In this document: positions 26,515 to 36,700 of the stretch, piece by piece
How positions within the stretch are numbered: the stretch's first letter is position 1
Layout of the letters: each line of letters starts with the position of its first letter
DNA from: Myxococcota bacterium
Lineage (GTDB): Bacteria; Myxococcota_A; UBA796; UBA2385
DNA length: 57,933 nucleotides
Direction: 5' to 3'
NCBI GenBank assembly: GCA_044344255.1
Contig: JBIJDH010000034.1
Location: 1 to 57,933 of the forward strand
The notes under the pieces: generated by a model
Told to the model about the DNA's origin: nothing
Seen by the model: only the letters and a program-made list of their open reading frames with translations
Databases searched by the model: none
Made by a program: the position numbers and the translations under genes

Positions 26515-26971
26515 CGAAGGGCCCCCTCCACTGGGGCCACTCCTCAAATAGGCCAGAGAGAAGGCAGCCGACAGAGGGGCCTTCACTTCGTGTGCATTTC
26601 GTGTGCGGCTGCAGTCGTCTGGGCGGCGCTGCACGCCACCAGCGGTGCGAGTCCACCCAGCGGTTGATTGGTTTTAGCCTACCCCGACCCGAGGGCCGCG
26701 CGCTGTCCACCGCCAGCCAGTAGATTGTGCGGCCGACGCCCATGGCCGAGCCAATAGCGCGAGGCTGCCGCCCTCTCCCACACCAATAGCCAACCCTGAT
26801 CTCGCCCCCCCCCCGCGCTGAGAGGCCCGAACGAGCGGTCGGCGCCAAGCTGCTGCTGCTTGGCGGTCCGCTTCGAGGCGTTGCCGGAGTCCCCCCGCTT
26901 GATCCGGAGGGTTGCGGTTCGGCGGTGCCCAAACCGTCGGCGATCGGAGCATTGCCCTCCTTCACTCACCG

Positions 26972-26992
26972 CGGCAGGGCACACCCCTGCCG
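26972..26992 (-). terminator. hairpin 3' of the RHH gene
   Basis: cggcaggg-cacac-ccctgccg. Confidence 0.35.
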
Positions 26993-27002
26993 GGGCCGCT
27001 CC

Positions 27003-28544
27003 CTACGCCACCCGTATGGCCTGGGCCGCCTCCCCCGCCCCCAGCCGCTCCAGCTTCTCCGCCAGCGCCTCGCGGATGAAGGAAAGGCGGGTGCTGTAGC
27101 CGGCCGCGGCGATGGCCTCGTCCATCCGCGCGACGGCCGCCTCCACCAGCCGGACCGGCATGACCTTCTGGGGCGCCGCCGGGTCCCGCTGGGTGCGCTC
27201 GACCCGGCCCACCTTGATGCGCCCCTTGCGGGCCTCGCGGATCTTCCAGATGAGGTAGCCGCGGTCGATGGAGCCCGTGTCGCGACCGATCTCCACGAGG
27301 TAGGCCGCCTTCAACTCCTCCACCGTGAGATCCGCCAGCGGCCGCTCCTCGACGGAGACGGCGACGCTGGTGCCGGAGGCCCCATCGGCGCCCTCGGCGG
27401 GATCCAGACCGGCGAGCTGCCCGCGAATGGCCGCAACGACCCCGGGCCGGCTGTGGGTTCGGCGGTTGCCGATGAGGGCGTGGAGCTTGCCGCGGGCCGC
27501 CGCAGCATCCTTAGCCCCGCCGATCTCCTCCACCTGCACCAGCAGCGCCCGCTGCATGGCGAGCTCGGCAATCACCCGCGACTGGAGGGCCCGCGGGGGG
27601 CTCGAAGCGGCCATGAGGTCGATCACGGCGATGCTGGAGAGGGCGCGGACGACGTTCACGCGCTCGTCGATGTCCCCGCGGGCCTGACACATCTCGACCG
27701 GGTCCACGCTAGGCGCGGGCTCGGCGGTGGCTCCGCCCTCGGCGGCGGCACCCGTCGCAGCGTCGGCGCCCTCCGGCACGCCGCGGCTCCTGAGGGCCTC
27801 CCGCTCGGCGATGACCTCGCGAACCCGGCTGAGCAGACCCGGCCGCTCAACTACGCGACGAAGGTACCGGAGCTCCTCCAGGGCGCGGAGGGCCGCCTGC
27901 ACATCGGTGGAGACCAGGAGCCCCTCGACCTCCGCGAGGTAGCGCCGCTGCCGCGCCAGCTCCGCGTCCACCGCCGTCTGCAGCCCGGGCGTGGCGGCCA
28001 TCCGTTCGAGGACCGCGGCGTCGGACACCCGGTAGAGACGCCGGATGCGGTCCTTGGCGGTGCGGGCATCGCCCCAGGGGTCGGCGGGCCCGGCGGACGC
28101 CGGGGCCACTTCGGAAGCCGCCGGAAGAACCGCGCCGGCGGCACCGGGCATGGGCTCGGCGTTCCCGTCCTCGGGCCCAGCGGGGCGGGGGGCCTCCGGG
28201 GCCGGCTCGGTCCCCTCCCCTTCAACCTCCTCGGCCCCCGTCGCCCCCGCGTCGGGCTGGGTCGGCGGGGCCTCCAGGATGCCCGTCGAGGCGGCCGGCG
28301 GCTCCTGGCCCGCCTCCACTTCTGAAGCGGGCGTGGCGGGCGTGGCGGGCGTGGCGGGCTCCGTCGTCCCGCTCGCGGCCTGGGCGACCTGGGCCTCCAA
28401 GATGCGGCGCCGCAAGGAGGGCTTGTTAGGCGCCCGGCTGCGCTCGCCGGTGAGCCCCTCCAGGATGGTCCAGAGTTGGGGAAGGGTGAGCGGGAGGAGG
28501 GCCTCATCGGTCAGGAGGCTCATCGAGGATGCAGGCATGGTCAT
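27003..28544 (-). CDS. multidomain protein with C-terminal ribbon-helix-helix (CopG-like) domain
   Basis: KVMPVRLVEAAVARMDEAIAAAGYSTRLSFIREAL. ATG at 28544 with GGAG RBS. Internal duplication and PAT repeats. Confidence 0.72.
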   Translation of the reverse strand: MTMPASSMSLLTDEALLPLTLPQLWTILEGLTGERSRAPNKPSLRRRILEAQVAQAASGTTEPATPATPATPASEVEAGQEPPAASTGILEAPPTQPDAGATGAEEVEGEGTEPAPEAPRPAGPEDGNAEPMPGAAGAVLPAASEVAPASAGPADPWGDARTAKDRIRRLYRVSDAAVLERMAATPGLQTAVDAELARQRRYLAEVEGLLVSTDVQAALRALEELRYLRRVVERPGLLSRVREVIAEREALRSRGVPEGADAATGAAAEGGATAEPAPSVDPVEMCQARGDIDERVNVVRALSSIAVIDLMAASSPPRALQSRVIAELAMQRALLVQVEEIGGAKDAAAARGKLHALIGNRRTHSRPGVVAAIRGQLAGLDPAEGADGASGTSVAVSVEERPLADLTVEELKAAYLVEIGRDTGSIDRGYLIWKIREARKGRIKVGRVERTQRDPAAPQKVMPVRLVEAAVARMDEAIAAAGYSTRLSFIREALAEKLERLGAGEAAQAIRVA

Positions 28545-29204
28545 GTTCTCCGTGGAATCCGCGGAGGGCGTCCCCGCGGTCACGTCCATCCATGCCGTGC
28601 GCGATCCTAAAGCATCAACCAGTATTTTAAGAAAGTTGAGTGTGCCCGGGAGCTGCCTCGGGAAGCTCTCCGCGAGCCGCCGGGATGGTCTCACTGGGCC
28701 CACCTTCTCTCAGAGGTCGGGGCTTTTAGTGCCCCCTGGTACCAGACAATTCATGAGGGAGGCGGCCCCACAGCTCCACGAGGGGGCACCAGAAAATCGG
28801 TCGATTCGCGGCGGCCCCGGCCGACTTTCGGCCGTTTGCTCGTGCACTTTCCTCTTGTGCCGAGACCTGTCAAAGTCTCGGAACATGCCGGGAGCCCTGG
28901 TGCCCCCTGGGGAGGGCGGAGGTGGGCCGAAGAGGCCCGCGCAGGGCAGGTACGAGGGGGCACCAGCAGTCGGGTTGTCCCTTCAGGTGCGGCCCAGGCT
29001 GGCCGGGGCCTTCCGGGAGCCCAAGGCCGCGATGACCTTGAAGGGCGGGGAAGGCATCCTGGTCTCACCCTCTTCCTCTCCTGGGCGCGGCCCGCGTACA
29101 GCGTGGCGTGAACCCCGAGGAGTGGATGGCCGACAACCTGGTCCGGGGCACCGTGCGCGGCAGCACCGCGGAGGAGTTCCTGCCCTGGGTCCGAAAGGAC
29201 GGAA

Positions 29205-29235
29205 GCGGCGCGGCGCGGCGCGGCGCGGCGCGGCG
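29205..29235 (+). repeat. (GCGGC)6 simple sequence repeat
   Basis: Six perfect pentamers. Confidence 0.9.
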
Positions 29236-29439
29236 AAGCGGGAACCCGAGAGGTCTGCGGCGTAGCCGACGGGTCGCGGGTGGGGGAGTGGTGCTCGTCT
29301 GTACGGTTACCCAAGAGGGTAACCGCGGCCTCGACGTGCGGGGCCCCGGCCCCCGCTGCCAACGGAGCTGGCCGATCGCGCCCCGATCCGGGGTGGACTA
29401 CTTCCGGTGAGCAGAGGTAGTCTACCTGAGGTAAGCGCT

Positions 29440-31683
29440 CTATTCCTGCCCATTGCCAGCCCTACTCTCGGCGGGCCACCATGATGGAAGAGCAAGCTCT
29501 CGCAGGGTAGCCTTCATGATGCTTGTTCGTGCATCGCGAAAGTTACCTTGCATGCGAGGCTGGATACACCGAGCTGTCGCAGCCGACCATACAGCAAGTT
29601 CGATTGAGCCTGCCCCGAGCAGCCGAGCAAGTTGTTGACGCTCCGAGTGCCCCTCACCCTCATCAAGAATAAATGCGAATCGAAACAGCAGGTCTACGAA
29701 GTTGAGATGAACCACCTCATCTTGTTGAGCCCGTTCGAAAAGAATCCTTAGCTCTTGCTGAATGGATCGGTCTTTGTGGACACTCGAATCCGGCGATATC
29801 AACAAGAGACGAAGATCCCGCTGATCATCGGCCCAGAGTGCCGAGACTCCCGACGGCTCAGCAAGATAGGAAAGCACGCGCCTACATGCAGAGGGTTCGA
29901 TTCGCCCGGAAATCGATTCAACTATTGCGCGACCAGCCGGATTATCCATGAACGACACACCTGGCCACGCCAGCAACCGTGCCAGATCGCGATAGAGCGA
30001 TACATGATCCACCTTGGTCTTGATGATCAGGTCATCCAAAAGTTGCCGCTCAACATCCCGCAAGGCGACATACTGTGGTATATTCGTCCATGATGCCCAT
30101 TTCGCGACCTGGGTGATAAGGCTCGTTGCGTCGGCTGCGACGAGCGGAGCATTGGGGCCATCAAATGCCAAGACGCCGAATGCAAGCGTTTTTACAAGCG
30201 AAAGGTGCTCGGAGGCATGCGTAACCTCGATGTTAACTGCGTCAGTGGCTCGCTGCCCTGCGGCGCTGTCCAGACATTGGTTCCAGCTGCGTGTGGCCAA
30301 CTCGTATAGCCCTCGAACTACTCGATGCGGAGAAATGACACGCTCACGGGCCTGTTTTGCGATCCACTCGCTGAGCACCTGCGAGGTCTTAGCTTCGCCT
30401 GATTCGAGAAGTCGCCGATACTCACGCCGAGTCACTGCATGTGGTGTTTCGAGGAGACTTGCCGCATAGCTGACTTGTATACCCGGAACACCAGTGCGAT
30501 CAATCAGCGCCAAAACAACAGCCTCGGCCCTATTCAGTTCGCTTGGCGGAACCCTGGCGTGCTCACAGAGCTCTCGAATCCGACTCACAGTTTCCTTCTG
30601 CCCGTCACGGTTTCGAAACGCGGAGAAATACCTCATGGGTGCTATCTTATCGAGTACAGTAGGATCCAGGAGCACCGTGCGAGCCAGAGTCGGCCACGTC
30701 GCCTTCAACAACTGCGTAATAAGTATCGCTTTCCAACTAAGCTCGTCCGGATCATGACGCGCAATTTCTTGCTCGAGAGACCAAAGATGTCGAATAAAAT
30801 GGCGAAGTGCCCTGGGATTCTGAGGACAAAGATCAAACACGCTTCGAAGGGCATCTTTGTCAACAAAAGTGGCGTAGGTGTCCACGTCGCGCTCGGCGAT
30901 TGCCCAAAGGCCGGCAGGTGTGGGATCTGGAAGCCGTTTTGGAAAGTCGATGATCTTGTCTATGAACATGAGACCGTCTCCCCATCCTGGGTGATGAGCG
31001 GCAAGAGCCTTTCCCACCATCTCTGGATCAAGCGCGAGGATGAAGGCCACGCCATCTACATCGAGGATCTCCTTCAGTGCAAAAAGGAGGCTCGGCAACA
31101 GATGCGGTTCAACTCGGTCAACGTCGTCCACCAGCACGAGGATCTTTCGGGGGGCCACATCGTCCCGCAACCGAACCAGATCAGAGCGTCCGACTTGGAG
31201 AAAATCTTCCGTAAGTGCGTTCAGCATCTTGGCTGCGGAGCCCACAAATTGCTCTCCACCCAGCACATCCGCAGCACCTTTCATCACTCCCGCAACCTTC
31301 TGCTTTGCATTCACTTTCGAGTTCCCGCTCGCTTTGACACCAGCTGCTGTGCACGCGCCGAGCACCGACCGAAAGAATCCGCCCCACATGGTCTCTTCGG
31401 AGTTGAAACCCCAAGGGTTGAAATCCACAGATATGTGCCCATCCGCCTTCGCCATCGTACGGATAAACCCAAGGATCGACGACTTCCCTGAACCCCATGG
31501 GCCGTGCACTCCGATGCGGAGCGACCAGTCATCTGGAGCTTTGGTCGCCAAGTCATAGACACTACGCGCGAACCACCATCGATCGAGCGCATCCTGATTT
31601 TCAGTCCAGACTGGCGCATCGGGGCCTGCGGATTTCACCTTCGTCACTTCTGCCTCGCGGTGTTCGCTCCCGCCTACCTTCAT
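29440..31683 (-). CDS. KAP-family P-loop NTPase
   Basis: IGVHGPWGSGKSS, FNPW, LVLVDDVDR, FIDKIIDFP, NPRALRHF. Lower GC than flanks. Confidence 0.92.
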   Translation of the reverse strand: MKVGGSEHREAEVTKVKSAGPDAPVWTENQDALDRWWFARSVYDLATKAPDDWSLRIGVHGPWGSGKSSILGFIRTMAKADGHISVDFNPWGFNSEETMWGGFFRSVLGACTAAGVKASGNSKVNAKQKVAGVMKGAADVLGGEQFVGSAAKMLNALTEDFLQVGRSDLVRLRDDVAPRKILVLVDDVDRVEPHLLPSLLFALKEILDVDGVAFILALDPEMVGKALAAHHPGWGDGLMFIDKIIDFPKRLPDPTPAGLWAIAERDVDTYATFVDKDALRSVFDLCPQNPRALRHFIRHLWSLEQEIARHDPDELSWKAILITQLLKATWPTLARTVLLDPTVLDKIAPMRYFSAFRNRDGQKETVSRIRELCEHARVPPSELNRAEAVVLALIDRTGVPGIQVSYAASLLETPHAVTRREYRRLLESGEAKTSQVLSEWIAKQARERVISPHRVVRGLYELATRSWNQCLDSAAGQRATDAVNIEVTHASEHLSLVKTLAFGVLAFDGPNAPLVAADATSLITQVAKWASWTNIPQYVALRDVERQLLDDLIIKTKVDHVSLYRDLARLLAWPGVSFMDNPAGRAIVESISGRIEPSACRRVLSYLAEPSGVSALWADDQRDLRLLLISPDSSVHKDRSIQQELRILFERAQQDEVVHLNFVDLLFRFAFILDEGEGHSERQQLARLLGAGSIELAVWSAATARCIQPRMQGNFRDARTSIMKATLRELALPSWWPAESRAGNGQE

Positions 31684-32033
31684 CGCTGGCCATGAGCTGT
31701 CAATGGGCGCCTCATGAAACCCCGGTCGGGGAAGGCAAACTGATCGGGTGATCGAGGCCCTATCGGGAGAGTAGATCGAGCGTTCGGCGGGGGATGCGCG
31801 TTCGGCGGAATGCCACTAAGCGATCGGCTGCCCGATGTCAGCGGACTGCTGGGCGGCCAAACTGACCACGCGGTGCGGGCCGGAGCGCGCTCGCCCCACA
31901 GTTGGAGGAGACCGCTGCGCAGCGGTGGGTGATGACGTCGGCCGAACGGTGGGGAACCCGGGGAAGGGACGACTCGTATGGTCTGCCGAGGCGCTGCCCC
32001 CGCGCTACCCGCGAGGTCCCCACAACGACACGG

Positions 32034-32879
32034 TCAAGCACCAGCCCCCTCCTGTTCCCCCGGGGGAACAGCTCCACCCCCTTCCTCCTTCGAATCCACG
32101 ACCTTCGCCCCAACCCGGGCCTCGATCTCCGCCACCCGAGCGGAGAGCTGCGCCCGCACGGCAGCGAGCCCCTGGAGGCCCTTTTCCACCTCCTCCAAGT
32201 AGATCCGCGCTTCGGTCACACCGTACTTGAAGATTTCGGCGTCGTTGACTTCGGTCAGATCCACCGTCTCCATTGCCTTCCGAAGCCGGTTGAACACCTT
32301 CACGAAGGTCGGGAGCGGCGGCCGTCCTCGCGGAGCCCCGTCGCCTTCATCGCCGCCGGCCCCACGGAGTTTGCGGACCTCCTCCTCCAGCTGCCTCTTG
32401 CTGAGGCTCTTTTCCACGGCTCGCTTGGCCAGCCGGACTTTCGCCTTGTCATCCGGCACATGCAGCAGGAGCCGATGGTGGCTCAGCGGCAGCGCCTCGG
32501 CGATCTCGTCACCGAGCAGCTGAAGCTGCGGCTGGAGCTTGACCGCGTACCAGAGGAAGCTGGCCGAGACCCGAAGATCGTCCCGATCGGCCAGCGCCCG
32601 GAACGAGGAGTGCTCCTTGGCCCCGCTTTCGAACACGCCGAAATCGTCCACGAAGAAGTTCTTGAGGAGGTATCTTCCGATCTCCCGTGCGGTCTCCAGA
32701 CCCTTGCCTGTGTAGATGCGGTTCACTTCCCGAACGGCCTCCTCCACGAGGCTGTCATCCACGCTCTCGCTGCCGGGAGGCCTGGTGGCCGGAACGGTGA
32801 CCGCTGTGGTGCTCAGTGCCGCGACGCTGGGGGTAGACGTGAAGGTGGCGGCAGGGGAGGCGGACTTGCGGCTTGCCAT
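32034..32879 (-). CDS. DUF1016/YhcG N-terminal-like putative DNA-binding protein
   Basis: EIGRYLL...LPLSHHRLLLHVPDDKAKVRLAKRAVEKSLSKRQLEEEV resembles the LSWSH...WS.R.L motif. No nuclease domain follows. Confidence 0.55.
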   Translation of the reverse strand: MASRKSASPAATFTSTPSVAALSTTAVTVPATRPPGSESVDDSLVEEAVREVNRIYTGKGLETAREIGRYLLKNFFVDDFGVFESGAKEHSSFRALADRDDLRVSASFLWYAVKLQPQLQLLGDEIAEALPLSHHRLLLHVPDDKAKVRLAKRAVEKSLSKRQLEEEVRKLRGAGGDEGDGAPRGRPPLPTFVKVFNRLRKAMETVDLTEVNDAEIFKYGVTEARIYLEEVEKGLQGLAAVRAQLSARVAEIEARVGAKVVDSKEEGGGAVPPGEQEGAGA

Positions 32880-32906
32880 TGGGCTTCCTGGGGTGCGGGC
32901 CGTGCA

Positions 32907-32936
32907 ATCAGAGCGCGAAGTGGCGGTCGATGTCAA
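32907..32936 (-). promoter_or_regulatory. candidate sigma70 promoter
   Basis: Perfect TTGACA (32936-32931) with a weak -10 (TCTGAT), upstream of the ATG at 32879. Confidence 0.35.
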
Positions 32937-33149
32937 GCGAGGGGACTTTGTTGTCACCGCGCGGAGTACGCCGACTCAGGCCGACGCTGTCCCTACACCC
33001 GAGCCGAGCGCCCACACGCGCCCGTCACCGAACATCCTCCCTCCGTGCGAGCCACCGCCGCGACGCATCGCAACCCCTCCGCGGTGTAGAGTCCCCGCCC
33101 CGCTGACACCCACCGGTCGCCCTTCCAGGCTGGCCAGACCCGGACACCG

Positions 33150-33791
33150 ATGTCCCCCACCCTGCCCACGAGCCCGGCCACCTCTCCCGCCTCCGAGGCC
33201 CGCGCCTTCACCGAGGCAACCCTTCTCGGCCTGCACGCCCTGGAGGCCCGGGAGGGCCGGCCGCGGCGCTTCGGGGCGGAGGCTGACGCCCGCTGGGCTC
33301 GCTTCTCGGACGGTCGCCTCGGGCTCGCCGCGCGCCTCAACCTGCTGCTTCGGGACGCCGCGGTGGCTTGGCCTGCCGCCTTCGCCCCCGCCCGGGTCTT
33401 TGCCCTCCCCGGGCTCGCCGACGACGAGCCCTTCGGGCCCTGGTCCCTGCCTGCGCTTGGCGGGCGGCAGCTCGAGGCCGCCTTCGCCCCGAGCGCCACA
33501 CCGCCCACCTTCGCGGGGGCTTGCGCGGCTTGGGGCGCGTCGCTGCGTCCGGTGGCCCTGCCACCCTTGGGCCCGGCGCGCCGGCTCCTGCTCGACGGGC
33601 CGAGCGCCATCGCGGCTGCACTCGCTGCCTTCGCCGTCGACGGCGAGCTCGATTGGGCCCGTCAAGTCACGCTCATCGCCGCCACTCCCCTGGCCCGCCA
33701 CCTCGCCGGGCTGTCGAGCGTCTTCGCGGGTGCGGCCTCCGCGGCCCCCCTCATCGCACAGGCTCCTGCCGGGGCGGAGGTCATCGGCTGA
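33150..33791 (+). CDS. hypothetical protein leading the BREX operon
   Basis: 213 aa. Stop is 3 bp before pglW. Same C-ending codon style as the BREX genes. Confidence 0.75.
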   Translation: MSPTLPTSPATSPASEARAFTEATLLGLHALEAREGRPRRFGAEADARWARFSDGRLGLAARLNLLLRDAAVAWPAAFAPARVFALPGLADDEPFGPWSLPALGGRQLEAAFAPSATPPTFAGACAAWGASLRPVALPPLGPARRLLLDGPSAIAAALAAFAVDGELDWARQVTLIAATPLARHLAGLSSVFAGAASAAPLIAQAPAGAEVIG

Positions 33792-33794
33792 GGC

Positions 33795-36700
33795 ATGGAC
33801 AAAGCCACCATCATCGGGAGTGCGGGCCCGGACGAGGTCCTCGACACCATCGCCCGGGATATCGCCCGCAGCCTCGGGGGCGATCCTGACGCGGCCGTCT
33901 TCGTGCAGCACGAGCTCCTGGAGCCCAGCACGGGACGTCGGTATCCGCTCCCCCTGATGGTGAGCAGCCGCAGCGGCATCACCCTCGTCCACCTCGTGCG
34001 AGGCGAGGGCGCCCTCAGCCCCACCGAGGCCGCCTGGACCTGGCGCCGGGGCAGCGCCCGAACCACTGAGCCCGCTCCCTTCGCCGAGGCCAACGAGCTC
34101 GCCCGTCGGCTGCGCGAGCGGCTGCATGCGGGCGGCCAGCCGGGGCTCGCCGTCGAGGCCCGGGTGCTGCTCTGCCACCCCTTGCACCTCGACGCCGGCG
34201 CGACCCTCCAGCACCCGATGCTCTGCCGCCGGGAGTCCAATGCGGACGGCCTCCTCCCCGCCCTGCTGTCCGTGCTTGAGGCCGCGCCCACCGCCGTCGA
34301 CCGCCCCACGCCCACCGCGCTGCAGGCCGCGCTCCACGCCGCCCACATCATGCCCGCCCGCCACGCCACCCTCATCGGCGGCTACCGGCTCGGCGGGCTG
34401 CTCAACGAGGGGGAGCACTGGCAGGAGTACGCCGCCACCGCCGACGCCGACCCCGCCGTCACCGCCCGCGTTCGCCTGTTCACGGTGCGCGGCGCCAGCG
34501 ACCCGGAGCGGAAGCAGAGCCTGCGGCGGGCCGCCGAGCGGGAGGCCGAGCTCCTCCGCCACGTCGGCGCTTGCCCCTCCATCCTCCGCCTCCACGGGAC
34601 CCACGCCCTCGGCCAGGATGGGCCCCCCGCCCTGGTCTTCGAGCCCTTCACCGGCGGCGTGGACCTCCGCACCTTCCTCGACGCAAACCCACACCTCCCC
34701 TTCGATCCGCGCCTCGACCTCGTGCTCGCCCTCGCCCAAGCCGTCGAGCGCTGCCACCGCCACGACATCACGCTGCGCAACCTGTCCACCCGCTCGGTGC
34801 TCGTGCGCAAGTCGGCGACGGGAGGCGTCGAGCTGCGCCTGCACCACTTCGAGGGGGCCGTGGCCCGCTTCGCTGAGGCGAGCACGCTCGGGACCCGGCA
34901 CCTCGACTGGTACACCGCTCCCGTGGACCGCGCCTTCGCCGCGCCCGAGCGTCTCGACGGCAACGCCGACACGGTCGCCACCGACCTCTACTCCCTCGGC
35001 GCGGTGGCCTACTTCATCTTCTCGGGCGCCCTACCGAGTGAGGGGAGCGGCGGGCTCCCCGGCCTGCGCCAGCGGGTGTTGGAGGGGGAGGGCCTGCGCT
35101 TGCGGGACCGCCGTGACGACATCGACGCCCGCCTCGACGAGCTCGTCGCCCGCGCCACCCACCCCGAGGCCGCCGCCCGCCCGGACAGCGCCCAGGCTTG
35201 GTCCGCCGCCCTGCTCCGGGACCTTCGCCCTCACGCGGCCGACCCCCAGCACTTCGTCCCCGCCTTGACCGCCACCCCTGGGGACTGGCTGGACGCCGAC
35301 CTGCAGGTGGAGAGCGTGCTCGGCGAGGGCTCCACCGCGCGGGTGCTCGCGGTGCGATGGCAGGGGGAGCTCTGCGCCCTCAAGGTCCCTCTCGACGCCG
35401 ACGTCGCCCGCATGGTCTCTGCGGAGAAGGTCGTGCTCGAGGCTCTGCACGCGGACGGCAGCCTGCCCCACCTCGTCCGCCCCCTCGGCGCCCCCCGCCT
35501 CGAGGGCCGCCCCGCCCTGCTCCTGAGCTGGGCCGGCCCCCGCACGCTGGGCGCCGAGCTGCGCCGCAGCGGCGCGCTCTCCCTGGACTTCTGCCAGACC
35601 CTGGGCGACCAGCTCTACGCCACCCTGGGCGAGCTCCACGCCCGAGGGGTGCAGCACCGCGACATCAAGCCCGACAACATGGCCTTCTCGTCGATCGGCC
35701 ACTCCGCCCGCGAGCTCTGCCTCTTCGACCTCTCCCTTTCGGCGCTGGACGGCACCCAGGTGCGGGCCGGCACCGCCGAGTGGCGCGACCCCCACCTCGC
35801 CGCCCGCGGGGCCTGGGACAGCGCCGCCGACCTCTATGCCGCCGCCCTGGTGCTCTACTACGCCCTGGTGGGCGAGCGCCCCACCCAGGAGACACGCACC
35901 GGCCGCCACCGCCTCGTGGCCGAGCTCTATGACCCCGCCCTGCGCGGCGCTCTCGAGACCTTCTTCAAGCGGGCGACGGACCCGGACCCCGCCCGCCGCC
36001 ACCGAGACGCCGCCGAGGCCCGCCGCGCCTGGCTCGGCCTCTTCGCCGACGACCGCACGAGCCTCGCCCCCAAAGCCGACCTGAGCGCCCTCGCCCTCTC
36101 GCACCCCGAAAGCCCGCTCGGAAGCCTCGGCCTCTCCGCCCGCGCCGCCAACGCCCTGTCCCGCGCCGGCTGTGCCACCGCCCGCGATGTCGTGCTGCTC
36201 GAGCGGAACCTGCTCGGCCTCCTCCCCGGGGTGGGCGGCGGCACCCGGGCCGAGATCGGCGAGGTGATCGGCCTGTTGCGCGAGCGCTTCGCCTCCCGGC
36301 CCGACCTGGACCCCACCGCCTTCCTCCCCGGCCTTGACCTCCCCGCCGTCGATCTTGCCGCCGCCGACCCCGCTTTGCCCGACGCCCTGGCCCTCGGCCT
36401 CCGAGCCGGCGGGCTCAGCTCCCTCTCGCAGATCGGCACGGCCCAGGCGGCGCGGGTCTCCCGCATCGCCGAGGCCGCCGGCAGCAGCGCCGAGGCCCTG
36501 CGCAGCCTCCTCCTCTCACAGAAGGGCGTCACCCCGGGCCTCCTCGGCGAGCTGTCCCGCACGCTGCTCAGCCCGCGCCCCCGCGGCGCCCAGTGGCGGG
36601 CCCGACTCGCTCTACTCTTCGGGCAGAAGGCGCCGCCGGAGGGGCTGGGGGCGATCCCCCGCGGCCTCCTTCGGACCCGCGAGCTCGCACCCGCCCTCGG

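Noticed and set aside
28575..28620. Shared promoter motif (TTGA(C/T)G-N5-G(A/G)ATCG) upstream of the RHH gene and the DUF2924 gene (~6650-6669)
   Set aside because: The match is short, has only two instances, and could be chance.
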